DNA of 64,000 bases from an uncultured Gammaproteobacteria bacterium (GTDB taxonomy: Bacteria > Patescibacteriota > Microgenomatia > Daviesbacterales > UBA10151), in NCBI GenBank assembly GCA_964551605.1, contig CAZKCV010000002.1:8500-72499 (forward strand). Reading direction: 5' to 3'. Positions 45,454-54,824 of this stretch are shown piece after piece (the stretch's first letter is position 1; every line of letters begins with the position of its first letter). The notes beneath the pieces were generated by a model, which was given only the letters and a program-made list of their open reading frames with translations, was not told the origin of the DNA and did no database searches. Position numbers and translations under genes: made by a program.

Positions 45454-46686
45454 ATGTTAGATATTAATTATATTAAAGAAAATAAATCCAAAATTCAGAA
45501 GGTTATTCAAGATCGTGGCATGTCTTTCGATATCGATAAATTTCTAGTGGTTGATAATACCAGGAGAGATCTAATTCAAAGAGTTGATGATTTAAGAAGG
45601 GAAAGAAACAAAGCAGCTACTAATAAAGATATAGAATCAGGTAAGAAAATTAAGGGTGAGTTACAGAAATTTGAAAAACAATTAAAAGAAGTTGAATTAG
45701 AATGGAACAATTTAATGTTGTACATCCCTAACATCTTATTGGAGGAAGTACCGTTAGGAGATGCCAGTCAAAATAAAATTATCAGGAAAGAGGGAGAGCC
45801 GCCCAAGTTTTCCTTTAAACCCAAAGACCATATCGAATTAGGAAAACTCTTGAACATTGTTGATTTTGACAGAGGAGTGAAAGTTGGGGGATTCCGGGGG
45901 TATTACCTGAAAAATGAAGGAGCCAGATTACACTGGGCAGTTTTACAATTTGCTTTTGATTATTTGGTGCAGAAAGGATTTTCGCCGGTAGTTCCTCCGG
46001 TAATTAATCGTAGATTTGCATTAATAGGCGGGGGACAGTTTCCCTGGGGAGAAGAGGATACTTACAAAGTAGACGATGAAGACTTTTTAGTGGGGACTGC
46101 CGAAATTCCGTTGATGGCTATGCATTCGGATGAGACTTTTGATATTAAAGATCTACCCAAGAAATATGTTGGTATGTCAGCTTGTTTCCGGACGGAAATC
46201 GGCTCATATGGAAAAGATACCAAGGGTTTATACCGGGTGCATGAGTTTTATAAAGTAGAGCAGGTAGTTTTATGCGAAGCAGATGAACAGCAGTCTTTAG
46301 GTTTTTTTGAAGAGTTACAGGATAACAGCGAGTTTTTATTGCAGGAGATGGGACTTCCCTATCAGGTAGTAGCTTTATCTTCGCAGGACATGGGTAAAAA
46401 AGCTGCCATGACTTATGATATAGAAACCTGGATGCCGGGCCGGGAAGGTTACGGTGAAACCCATTCCAACTCCATGGTTTTAGATTTTCAGACCAGAAGG
46501 TTAAAGATTAAATATAAAGACAAAGACGGGAATGTTAAATTCTGTCATGCTTTAAATAATACCGCCATTGCTTCCCCCAGGATTTTAATAGCACTCTTAG
46601 AAAATTTTCAACAGGAAGATGGTTCAGTTAAAATCCCGGAAGTTCTACAAAAATACACCGGTTTTTCTGAGATAAAACCAAAATAG
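45454..46686 (+). CDS. serS: Serine--tRNA ligase
   Basis: MLDI coiled-coil arm, GTAEIP, CFR.E.G..G.DT.GLYRVHEF.KVEQ, YDIETWMP, LNNT. Confidence 0.96.
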   Translation: MLDINYIKENKSKIQKVIQDRGMSFDIDKFLVVDNTRRDLIQRVDDLRRERNKAATNKDIESGKKIKGELQKFEKQLKEVELEWNNLMLYIPNILLEEVPLGDASQNKIIRKEGEPPKFSFKPKDHIELGKLLNIVDFDRGVKVGGFRGYYLKNEGARLHWAVLQFAFDYLVQKGFSPVVPPVINRRFALIGGGQFPWGEEDTYKVDDEDFLVGTAEIPLMAMHSDETFDIKDLPKKYVGMSACFRTEIGSYGKDTKGLYRVHEFYKVEQVVLCEADEQQSLGFFEELQDNSEFLLQEMGLPYQVVALSSQDMGKKAAMTYDIETWMPGREGYGETHSNSMVLDFQTRRLKIKYKDKDGNVKFCHALNNTAIASPRILIALLENFQQEDGSVKIPEVLQKYTGFSEIKPK

Positions 46687-46689
46687 TAC

Positions 46690-46959
46690 ATGGCAACTAT
46701 CCAAGAATTAGAGCAAGAAATTAATAAGATTAAGGAAAGAAATAATAAGGTTGAAGTAGACAAAAATTGGGAAACAAGCTGGGCGAGAAAAATTATTATT
46801 TCAATATTTACTTATTTGGTAATTGCTCTTTTCTTTCTTTTTGCAGGAATTTTAAATCCTTTTGTTAACGCGATAGTTCCGGCTCTGGCTTTTATTTTAT
46901 CAACAGCATCCCTGCCCTTTTTGAAAAATTTTTGGCTGAAATATATTTATAAAAAGTAA
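46690..46959 (+). CDS. Hypothetical small membrane protein
   Basis: Short coiled coil (IKERN..VE.DK.WETS) followed by two TM helices. Confidence 0.7.
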   Translation: MATIQELEQEINKIKERNNKVEVDKNWETSWARKIIISIFTYLVIALFFLFAGILNPFVNAIVPALAFILSTASLPFLKNFWLKYIYKK

Positions 46960-47748
46960 TCATCCTTCCATTTTTGCAAATTGTCCAGTATTTCTAGATT
47001 TTTTAAACATGATATTAAAGAACCAAAGGGCAAACAGAAAGTAAATAATGTTAAGCAAAGATGCAATTCCGGCAAAATTCCAGTTTACAGAAGGATCTGT
47101 TAATGCATTCCTGGCAGCTTCAAATACATACGTTGGTGGAAGAGTATAGGCAATTGTTTTTAAGAAGTCAGGGAGAATTTTTAACGGAAAAAATGCTGCA
47201 GTTAAGGGTTGGAAAAGGAAGATTAACCCCCACGCAAGAGCTTGAATTCTTGTTCCAAACCTGAAAATAAGACCAAGGATCGCTATTCCGGTAGTCCAGG
47301 AAAATATAATTAAGTTAACAAAACCTAGAGAGAGGTTAATCACCCCTATAGAGAAGATATTAAAATTGAAGATCATTGTTGCTATAAGCGATATAAAGAT
47401 GAATGTAAAAAAGGCTTTTACTGTTGAAGAGAGCATATAAGCAAACATAAATTCTTTTAAAGATAAAGGGGTTATAAACATATTACTTAAATTCCTTGAC
47501 CATATATTCCATAAAGCCCCAACTGACATGGAATACTGACTAATGCGGATTATTTCCCACATCAGAATGCCCAGTAATAAATAATGTGCTGCGATAGGAT
47601 TTACCGAACCGGAAAGGAATAAAGAAACAAACCCAAACACGGTGACACTCATAATTGAGAAAAAGAATAAATCTATGATAATCTCAAGTGAGTTTTTGGT
47701 TATACAGTATTCTTGATATAAAATTGCTTTGATTCTGTTGCCTGACAT
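46960..47748 (-). CDS. ABC-2 type transporter permease
   Basis: 6 TM segments, FFPL..LP and PPTYVFEAAR pattern; coupled to the ATPase. Confidence 0.88.
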   Translation of the reverse strand: MSGNRIKAILYQEYCITKNSLEIIIDLFFFSIMSVTVFGFVSLFLSGSVNPIAAHYLLLGILMWEIIRISQYSMSVGALWNIWSRNLSNMFITPLSLKEFMFAYMLSSTVKAFFTFIFISLIATMIFNFNIFSIGVINLSLGFVNLIIFSWTTGIAILGLIFRFGTRIQALAWGLIFLFQPLTAAFFPLKILPDFLKTIAYTLPPTYVFEAARNALTDPSVNWNFAGIASLLNIIYFLFALWFFNIMFKKSRNTGQFAKMEG

Positions 47749-47750
47749 AA

Positions 47751-48668
47751 TTATTTACCTCTGGCAATTTCTAAAAAAACATCTTCCAGTGTTGGTTTTT
47801 CAACTTCAATATCCGTAATCCAAATACCCGTATTGCTAAGTCCGAATATTATTTTAGGAATTAGTTTCTCTTCTGTATTTATTACGACAGTATTTTTATT
47901 TAGGACTTCAAAATTCTGTTTTGCACCTTTTAAATATTCTTCAATTTTATCCTTTTGGCCATCGAACACAATTCTTAATTTTGCAAAAGGAATCCTTTTT
48001 GTTAAACCGAGTGGTGTATCTTGGGCAACTATTTTGCCGTGATCCAAAAAAATAACTTCGTCACAAATTCTGGTTACCTCTTCCATGTTATGACTTGTAA
48101 ATAGGATTGACAGCTCATGTGATTTCCGGAGTTTTTCTATTAAAGACAAAGTTTTATCTGCGATATCGGGATCCAAGGAAGCAGTTGGTTCATCCATTAG
48201 AATCATTTGAGGATCATTGAGTAAAGACTTTATTATATTAACTCTGGTTTTTTGTCCAGACGATAAGTCCCAATAGCGTTGAGGAAGCAGATTTGTGATT
48301 TCAAAATACTCCGCAAGCTCGGTTATTTTCTTCTCGGGTTTCTTTACTGCATAAAGGTATGCAAAAACTAAAAGATTTTCCCGGACAGAAATTCTTCCCT
48401 GGAGAGTATTGAAGGCAGAGGCAAAATTAATCCTTTGTAAGCAATACTGCTTATTTTTATAAAAGTCTTCACCAAAATATTTAATAGTGCCGCCATTAAG
48501 TAATGTAATTCCCAATAAGACTTGAATAGTAGTAGTTTTTCCGGCCCCGTTTGGACCCAATAAACCAATGACTTTTCCTCCGGGTACTATAAACGAGATA
48601 TCGTCAACTGCTTTGAAAGAGCCATAGTTTTTAACTAAATTTTTAACTTCCAATATAGGATCGGACAT
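47751..48668 (-). CDS. ABC transporter ATP-binding protein
   Basis: GPNGAGKTT, LSSGQ, MDEPTA.LD, TSH and PTLEDVF motifs. Confidence 0.93.
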   Translation of the reverse strand: MSDPILEVKNLVKNYGSFKAVDDISFIVPGGKVIGLLGPNGAGKTTTIQVLLGITLLNGGTIKYFGEDFYKNKQYCLQRINFASAFNTLQGRISVRENLLVFAYLYAVKKPEKKITELAEYFEITNLLPQRYWDLSSGQKTRVNIIKSLLNDPQMILMDEPTASLDPDIADKTLSLIEKLRKSHELSILFTSHNMEEVTRICDEVIFLDHGKIVAQDTPLGLTKRIPFAKLRIVFDGQKDKIEEYLKGAKQNFEVLNKNTVVINTEEKLIPKIIFGLSNTGIWITDIEVEKPTLEDVFLEIARGK

Positions 48669-48722
48669 AATTTAGTTTATTGTACGCTAAGAGTATATAT
48701 TGAAACAATAATGGAGGGAATT

Positions 48723-49880
48723 TTATATTCCCTGCTGGGATCTTTGGCGGAGGGTTTCTATGGTAGATGAATTGTTTGCTGGTGGTGTTTCCGTACCTCC
48801 TTCAACAGCTCCAAAGTTAGCTGATTCTGAGTCAGTAGGTTCTTCTGCAGGTTGGGGAACCGGCGTGGCAACAGGAGCAGGAGCTACTGCTTTTTTCTCC
48901 GGAACAGCTACAGCCGGTAAGCTGGTTGTTTTAGCCGGTTGGCCGATACCCAGGATAAAATAAGCAGAGGCTCCGATCACCAAAAGCAATAAGACTCCAC
49001 CCAAGCCAATCAGCCACTTAGGCACACCTTTATGCGCTTCGGCTGGCAGGTTAGGCACTACCGGATTCGGAACAGGTGTAGGTGCGGTAGTTGGTGCTTC
49101 CGGTGACGGCGGTGCTGCTTCCACTTGGGCAGTATTAGTAATTAAATGTGAAAGGTCTGTCGGAGCGGCATCTTGCGGAGATGGGGGTTGGGAATCGCTC
49201 GGAGTTTCGACGGGAGCGGTAACGGTATTTGTCCAACTGGGTTGAGTGGCGGGTTGTGATTCTCCGGCCGGGGCCTGGACAGGCACACTCCAGGGATTAT
49301 CTAGGGGGGAGGTTGACGGTGCCTGAGGTGTATCGCCTAGAGAGGATAAAGTGGGAGGCGTAAAGGTGGGGGTAGGCGGTGCCGGTGTTGCCGGAGCCGG
49401 TTCCGGTTGTATCGAAGGGACAGGACCTGACGCGGGTGGTGTGGAGGGTATTGTTGCCTGAGATAGGGAAGGCCAGGCTTCAGCAGAGGTGGATTCTGCC
49501 GGGGCCGGGGTCGACTCTGGCGCAGGCGGAGTTTGCGTTGATGGCGCTGGTGGCGCCCAGGGGGAGCTTAAATCAGCTGCCGGAGCGGGAGTATTGTTTA
49601 ACCCCAGATCAGCAGGAGCGGTGGGGGTAGGCGGATTAAATGCAGAAGCGGTGTCTGCTGGTAAAGGACTTGGATCTGGAGGTAGATTGGGAGCCGGGGA
49701 GGGTGTCAGGTCTGCCGCCTGAGAAGGCCAAGCCGCGGTTGCACCGTTACCGGCAGGTGCTGTGGGGCTGAAGCCGGAATCAGCCGGCACGGTAGGCTGA
49801 GGTGGCCAGCTGTCAGTTGGTGGCGTGGCTGAAGGGGAGCCTTGATTATTAAGCGGGTTTTGATTATTAGAATTATCCAT
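48723..49880 (-). CDS. Pro/Thr/Ser-rich low-complexity protein with a single TM helix
   Basis: Long Pro-rich disordered N-terminal region; TM KWLIGLGGVLLLLVIGASAYFILG. Confidence 0.75.
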   Translation of the reverse strand: MDNSNNQNPLNNQGSPSATPPTDSWPPQPTVPADSGFSPTAPAGNGATAAWPSQAADLTPSPAPNLPPDPSPLPADTASAFNPPTPTAPADLGLNNTPAPAADLSSPWAPPAPSTQTPPAPESTPAPAESTSAEAWPSLSQATIPSTPPASGPVPSIQPEPAPATPAPPTPTFTPPTLSSLGDTPQAPSTSPLDNPWSVPVQAPAGESQPATQPSWTNTVTAPVETPSDSQPPSPQDAAPTDLSHLITNTAQVEAAPPSPEAPTTAPTPVPNPVVPNLPAEAHKGVPKWLIGLGGVLLLLVIGASAYFILGIGQPAKTTSLPAVAVPEKKAVAPAPVATPVPQPAEEPTDSESANFGAVEGGTETPPANNSSTIETLRQRSQQGI

Positions 49881-49956
49881 TCAGGCAGTTTTTTAAGATA
49901 CTGTTAGTGTATTAAAGGAAGTATTAATTGTCAATGTATCATATAATATACAAACT

Positions 49957-52692
49957 ATGTTAGGCTTTTTAGGTAAACTGCTGGATTCAAACGAACGGGA
50001 AATTAGCAGACTTAAAGTTATCGTTGAAGCTATTAATACCTGGGAAAAGAAAATAGCAAAATTATCAGACAAAGAGTTTCAGGGTAGCCTTGCCAAGTTT
50101 AAGCTGGAACATGAGCGGGGAAAAAGCCTTGATGAGCTTTTACCGGAGGTTTTTGCCTGCGTCAGGGAAGCTGCCAAAAGAACTATAAAGCAGCGCCACT
50201 TTGATGTGCAGCTTATGGCGGCCATTACCCTGCATCAGGGAAAAATTGCCGAACAAAAAACCGGTGAAGGGAAAACTCTCTCAGCGACGCCGGCTTTATT
50301 TTTAAATGCCATCGCCGGTAAAGGTACACACCTCGTAACGGTTAATGACTACCTCGCTCAGCGTGACTGCGGGTGGATGGGGCCGGTCTTTCATGCCTTG
50401 GGCGCAAGTTGCGCCACCATCATTCATGATGCCGCTTTTATTTATGACCCGAAGCATAAAGATACAACTCATAACGATAAACGACTGCAACACCTTAGAC
50501 CTATCAGCAGAAAGGAAGCTTACAATGCGGATATTACATACGGCACCAATAATGAATATGGTTTTGATTACCTCAGGGATAATATGGCTTTTAGGCTTTC
50601 GGATCAAGCGCAAAGGGGACATTTTTTTGCCGTAGTTGATGAGGTGGATTCAATCTTAATTGATGAAGCCAGAACCCCTTTAATTATTTCCCAGCCGGCA
50701 CAGGAAGCAACCGAAAAATATTACCAGTTTGCCAAAATTATAGATTCGCTGTCGCCTTCTGACTACAGTATAGATGAAAAGTTAAGGACAGCTCACCTGA
50801 CCGAGCATGGCACCCTGAAGATTGAAAAAATGTTGGGGGTAGATAATCTCTATGAGAAGGATTTTTCCACCCTGCATCATCTGGAAGAAGCGCTGAAGGC
50901 TAAAACGCTTTTTCAAAAGGATAAAGATTATGTAGTCAAAGACGGGGAAGTAATCATTGTGGATGAATTTACCGGCCGATTGATGTTAGGAAGAAGGTAT
51001 TCGGAGGGTTTGCATCAGGCAATTGAAGCTAAAGAAGGCGTGACTATCCAACAGGAGTCGCAAACACTGGCTACTATTTCCTTTCAGAACTACTTCAGGA
51101 TGTATGAAAAGCTCGCCGGCATGACCGGGACTGCTGCTACAGAAGCAGAGGAGTTTAACAAGATCTACAAATTAGAAGTAGTGGTTATACCCACCAATAA
51201 TCCGATGATCAGGGAAGATCATTCTGATACCATCTATAAAACCCAAGCCGCCAAGTACACGGCTGTGGCAAACTTGGTGGAGGAGCTGCATAAAAAGGGG
51301 CAGCCGGTTTTGGTTGGCACCACCGCCATTGATAAAAATGAATTCTTGTCAGATCTCCTAAAAAGAAAAGGTATATCTCATGCGCTCTTAAATGCCAAAA
51401 ATCACGAAAAAGAAGCGGAAATTATCTCCCGGGCAGGTGAAAAAGGGGCTGTCACGGTAGCTACCAATATGGCCGGCAGGGGAGTGGATATCATTTTGGC
51501 AAAGGGTATTGATAAGTTAGGAGGCTTATATGTCATAGGTACGGAAAGGCATGAATCAAGAAGAATAGATAACCAGTTGCGGGGCCGTTCCGGCAGGCAG
51601 GGTGATCCGGGAGAAACCAGGTTTTTTGTGTCTTTGGAAGATGATCTGATGAGGATTTTTGGCGGAGAACAGGTTTCCAAAGTAATGAATTTTCTGAAAA
51701 TGCCGGAAGATGTGCCGATTGAGCATGGCTTAATTTCCAAAGCTATAGAAGGAGCCCAGAAAAAGGTGGAAGGCCACAATTTTGATATCCGTAAACATAC
51801 TGTTGAATACGATGACGTCATGAATCAACAAAGAAAAATTATCTATGAAATCAGGAAAAAGATTCTGGAGACTGCTGAAAACAAAGATGTTTCTTTAAAG
51901 GAAGAAATCCTGGGCAAAATTGAAAATGAAATCAGAAGTGTTGTTACCATTTATTCTTCAGAGGGAATTGATGCTAAAAAAATCAGGGAAGAATTCTCCG
52001 GCATTATCCCGATAGATGAAAGAAGCCAGGAAGAAATAGAGAAAAAAATTGCCGGTTTTGGCAACCCGGATGACATAGTTAAGTTTTTAGCTGATTTATC
52101 CGTAAATTTTTATAACCAGCGGGAGGAAAGAGTCGGCGGAGAGATTGCCAGGCAAATGGAGGTATTTGTGTACTTAAATACCATTGATACTTTGTGGATT
52201 GAACATTTAGATACCATGGATGATTTGCGATCCGGCATCGGGCTTCGGGGATATGCCCAACGGGATCCGCTGATTGAATATAAACGGGAAGGGTTTGATC
52301 TGTTTGAAAAGCTGATGGTGACTATTGATTATGAAGTTGCCCATCGAATTTACAAGGTGGCAGTTCAGGGAGAAGCTCCGAGGCACGAGCCGATTAAGGT
52401 AGAAGAAAAACATCCGGAAATAGAGGTGGGAGTGAGAGAAGAAGCGTCCGAGGTGGGAGCAAAAGTTAAAATCGAAAGGCCGGATGCTTCAGTTGCCAGG
52501 GTGGAATCTGAACCGGTACCTGCTGAATCCGGTGAGACAAAAGTAACTATTGAAAGGGGCGGTGAAGTGATTGCCCAGCAAACTTATGGTAGCCAGGGGC
52601 AATTAACCAAAACCCACGGCAAAGTCGGCCGGAATGATCCCTGCTGGTGTGGCTCAGGCAAAAAATATAAACGTTGCCATTGGCCTAACTGA
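49957..52692 (+). CDS. secA: Preprotein translocase subunit SecA
   Basis: KTGEGKT, VTVNDYLA.RD, DEVDSILIDEARTPL, TNMAGRG.D, QLRGRSGRQGDPG and C-terminal GRNDPCWCGSGKKYKRCH. Confidence 0.98.
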   Translation: MLGFLGKLLDSNEREISRLKVIVEAINTWEKKIAKLSDKEFQGSLAKFKLEHERGKSLDELLPEVFACVREAAKRTIKQRHFDVQLMAAITLHQGKIAEQKTGEGKTLSATPALFLNAIAGKGTHLVTVNDYLAQRDCGWMGPVFHALGASCATIIHDAAFIYDPKHKDTTHNDKRLQHLRPISRKEAYNADITYGTNNEYGFDYLRDNMAFRLSDQAQRGHFFAVVDEVDSILIDEARTPLIISQPAQEATEKYYQFAKIIDSLSPSDYSIDEKLRTAHLTEHGTLKIEKMLGVDNLYEKDFSTLHHLEEALKAKTLFQKDKDYVVKDGEVIIVDEFTGRLMLGRRYSEGLHQAIEAKEGVTIQQESQTLATISFQNYFRMYEKLAGMTGTAATEAEEFNKIYKLEVVVIPTNNPMIREDHSDTIYKTQAAKYTAVANLVEELHKKGQPVLVGTTAIDKNEFLSDLLKRKGISHALLNAKNHEKEAEIISRAGEKGAVTVATNMAGRGVDIILAKGIDKLGGLYVIGTERHESRRIDNQLRGRSGRQGDPGETRFFVSLEDDLMRIFGGEQVSKVMNFLKMPEDVPIEHGLISKAIEGAQKKVEGHNFDIRKHTVEYDDVMNQQRKIIYEIRKKILETAENKDVSLKEEILGKIENEIRSVVTIYSSEGIDAKKIREEFSGIIPIDERSQEEIEKKIAGFGNPDDIVKFLADLSVNFYNQREERVGGEIARQMEVFVYLNTIDTLWIEHLDTMDDLRSGIGLRGYAQRDPLIEYKREGFDLFEKLMVTIDYEVAHRIYKVAVQGEAPRHEPIKVEEKHPEIEVGVREEASEVGAKVKIERPDASVARVESEPVPAESGETKVTIERGGEVIAQQTYGSQGQLTKTHGKVGRNDPCWCGSGKKYKRCHWPN

Positions 52693-52879
52693 TTGGATTG
52701 CTGTAATAACCTAAACCCTATATTTTAGTACCACATAGAATAACCTTTTTGCTATATAAAGGTTAATCAAAAACGGAACATTAATTTTTGAGATATTTCC
52801 AACTATAAGTCTCCAAAAGTAATCATCGGGTACCGCATGGTTTGGAATTTTCGGTAAATAAATATGTTAATATTTCGGT

Positions 52880-53195
52880 ATGGTAATTTTTATAGATGAA
52901 TCTGGAACTCATAAGGCATTTAGTAATTGAAGAGAATATTAAAAAGATCATGATTGATGGTAGAAAACCTAAATGGTATTCACTTAAATTAAAAAAGGTT
53001 CTAAGGGATAAAGGAATTTCAGTTAAAAAGGTAACTACAGTTAGAAAAGATAAATCCAGCCCGGGAATAAGGGTATCAGATTGTTTGGCAGGACTTTTTA
53101 GATATTATTATGATAATCCTGAAAGTAGAGCTTCGGAGTGGCATAAGAAATTAACAAAAGCCAAAAAGATTGAATTTGAGTTAACTTCCCATTAA
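52880..53195 (+). pseudogene. DUF3800-like gene with internal deletion/frameshift
   Basis: ATG 52880 reads MVIFIDESGTHK then stops; the +1 frame carries the C-terminal part ...IMIDG...SPGIRVSDCLAG... (QxAD-like motif). Confidence 0.7.
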
Positions 53196-53236
53196 AAAAG
53201 AAAGATTGAATTTGAGTTAACTTCCCATTAAAAAAG
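53165..53236. repeat. Perfect 36-bp tandem duplication
   Basis: AAAGATTGAATTTGAGTTAACTTCCCATTAAAAAAG at 53165-53200 and 53201-53236. Confidence 0.95.
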
Positions 53237-53255
53237 CCCCGCTTAAAAGCGAGGC
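53230..53255 (-). terminator. Rho-independent terminator of the putative sRNA
   Basis: GCCTCGCT-TTTA-AGCGGGGC followed by TTTTTT on the minus strand. Confidence 0.8.
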
Positions 53256-53328
53256 CAGTTATCCAGGTAGTTCCAAATTGCTTTGAAACTCGGCGGCTCA
53301 CCGTCCTTTGTCCCTGGTAACTTGTTGT
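53230..53328 (-). ncRNA. Putative ~100-nt structured small RNA convergent with the DUF3800-like gene
   Basis: Own promoter; closing stem AGTTA-CCAGG/CCTGG-A-TAACT encloses two hairpins (one with a GCAA GNRA loop); intrinsic terminator follows. Confidence 0.7.
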
Positions 53329-53334
53329 AGATGT

Positions 53335-53363
53335 ATACTATCATAGACGCTCCCTAAATGCAA
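53335..53363 (-). promoter_or_regulatory. sigma70 promoter (extended -10) for the putative sRNA
   Basis: Minus strand TTGCAT-17 nt-TAGTAT preceded by TGA; no plausible ORF before the terminator. Confidence 0.65.
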
Positions 53364-53413
53364 ATTTAAGCATAAAAATGATAAAATAACCTCTGAAGGC
53401 TATTAAAATAATT

Positions 53414-53911
53414 ATGAATGAAGCTGAATTATTTATTATAACTGGAGCAAGTGGAGCTGGAAAAACTGCACTTATCCCATTCCTACAAAAACAAATTCCT
53501 GATAAATTTAAAATATACGACTTCGATGAAATTTTACGACCCTTTGATGGAACTGACGAATGGGCTTTAGAAGTTATAGATAAAATGATGCAGCTTACGG
53601 ATAAAAATAGAAAAGATGGATTTTCAACGATTGTGGCTGGTTTGATTAGGCCATTCCAGGTTGAAAAAATTGTACCTCATTATGGTATCAATAACATTAA
53701 ATTGCTCTTGCTAGATATTACTACTGAAGAGCGAGCTAGGAGGTTAACTGAAAGAGGCGATACTATGGAATTGATTGGAGATATTGAGGAGCATGAGGGT
53801 TTTAGGAGCTGGATTAATGAGGCTCGTTATCCTTCGGAGGTCATAGATACTTCAGATAAAAAACCAGAAGAAGTAGCCAGAGAAATCTCAAATTGGATTA
53901 ACAGCAATTAA
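53414..53911 (+). CDS. P-loop NTPase / nucleoside-nucleotide kinase-like protein
   Basis: IITGASGAGKT Walker A, R..RL.ERG lid, IDTS...PEEVA. Confidence 0.8.
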   Translation: MNEAELFIITGASGAGKTALIPFLQKQIPDKFKIYDFDEILRPFDGTDEWALEVIDKMMQLTDKNRKDGFSTIVAGLIRPFQVEKIVPHYGINNIKLLLLDITTEERARRLTERGDTMELIGDIEEHEGFRSWINEARYPSEVIDTSDKKPEEVAREISNWINSN

Positions 53912-53915
53912 TTCT

Positions 53916-54824
53916 ATGAGATACCCTATTTGGATGACAGTTCAAAAAATATCATTATCCCAATTGATGAATAAGGAGTCTACACAGTTAACTAAAGAAT
54001 GGGTAGCTGAAAGATTACCAGTTAGATCCAGAGATGCAAATAAAGGGACATTTGGGAAGGTGTTGGTGGTGGCCGGGTCGGAAAATTATCCGGGGGCGGC
54101 GTATTTGGCTTGTGCTGCTTGTTACCGGGTTGGGGCAGGGCTGGTAACTTTGGCAACTGAAGAAACAGTTAAAGTGATAGTCTCCAGGAAATTGCCCGAG
54201 GTTACTTTTTTATTGCCTGATGAAGTGGCGGCAAATATAAATAAATATGATGTGCTTCTGGTTGGTCCTGGTTTGGGGCAAAGTGGCCAGGCCATAGAGT
54301 TGGTGGAAGGTATTCTAAGGGGCAAACTGCCTCCTACAGTGATTGATGGTGACGGACTAAATATTTTATCCAAAAAAGGGGAGTGGTGGAAAAGATTAAG
54401 TGATAAGACGGTACTGACCCCTCATCCGGGGGAAATGGCCAGGTTAACTGGCTTTACGGTTTCCAAGATCCAGTCTGACCGAATCAATGTCGCACAATAT
54501 TTTGCCAGGGAATGGGGGAAAGTAGCAGTGTTAAAGGGAGCTAATACGGTAGTGGCCTCCCCCGCCGGGCAAGTACTTCTCAGCCCTTTTGCAAATCCTG
54601 TTCTTTCTACTGCCGGTACCGGTGATATTTTAGCCGGAATAATTGCCGGTTTGCTCGCCCAGGGTTTAAGGCCTGTGGATGCAGCTTCGGTTGGGGTATA
54701 TATTCATGGCCTGGCAGGGGAAATGTTAAGTAAAAAAATCGGATTGGCCGGCAGTTTGGCAAGCGATCTTTTGCCTGTGTTGCCAAAAACTTTACTCCAC
54801 ATAACCAAACATGGGATCGGTTAG
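53916..54824 (+). CDS. nnrD: ADP-dependent NAD(P)H-hydrate dehydratase (YjeF C-terminal domain only)
   Basis: NKGTFG, GS.NYPGA, GPGLG, IDGDGL, LTPHPGE, LKGA.T and TAGTGD motifs; start may be 53967. Confidence 0.92.
   Translation: MRYPIWMTVQKISLSQLMNKESTQLTKEWVAERLPVRSRDANKGTFGKVLVVAGSENYPGAAYLACAACYRVGAGLVTLATEETVKVIVSRKLPEVTFLLPDEVAANINKYDVLLVGPGLGQSGQAIELVEGILRGKLPPTVIDGDGLNILSKKGEWWKRLSDKTVLTPHPGEMARLTGFTVSKIQSDRINVAQYFAREWGKVAVLKGANTVVASPAGQVLLSPFANPVLSTAGTGDILAGIIAGLLAQGLRPVDAASVGVYIHGLAGEMLSKKIGLAGSLASDLLPVLPKTLLHITKHGIG

Noticed and set aside
52693-52860. Possible gene remnant between secA and the DUF3800-like gene
   Set aside because: A short open stretch exists on the minus strand, but I recognise no motif or start; unsupported without a search.
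52896-53195. 99-aa ORF as an intact gene starting MNLEL
   Set aside because: Its ATG lies inside the out-of-frame DESG codons; better explained as the distal part of a deleted gene.
53165-53236. 36-bp repeats as a CRISPR array or ToxI array
   Set aside because: Only two directly abutting copies, no spacer, no cas genes; the unit is the gene's own 3' end.
53098-53301. 67-aa minus ORF across the sRNA
   Set aside because: Runs through a terminator and the tandem duplication; no coding features.
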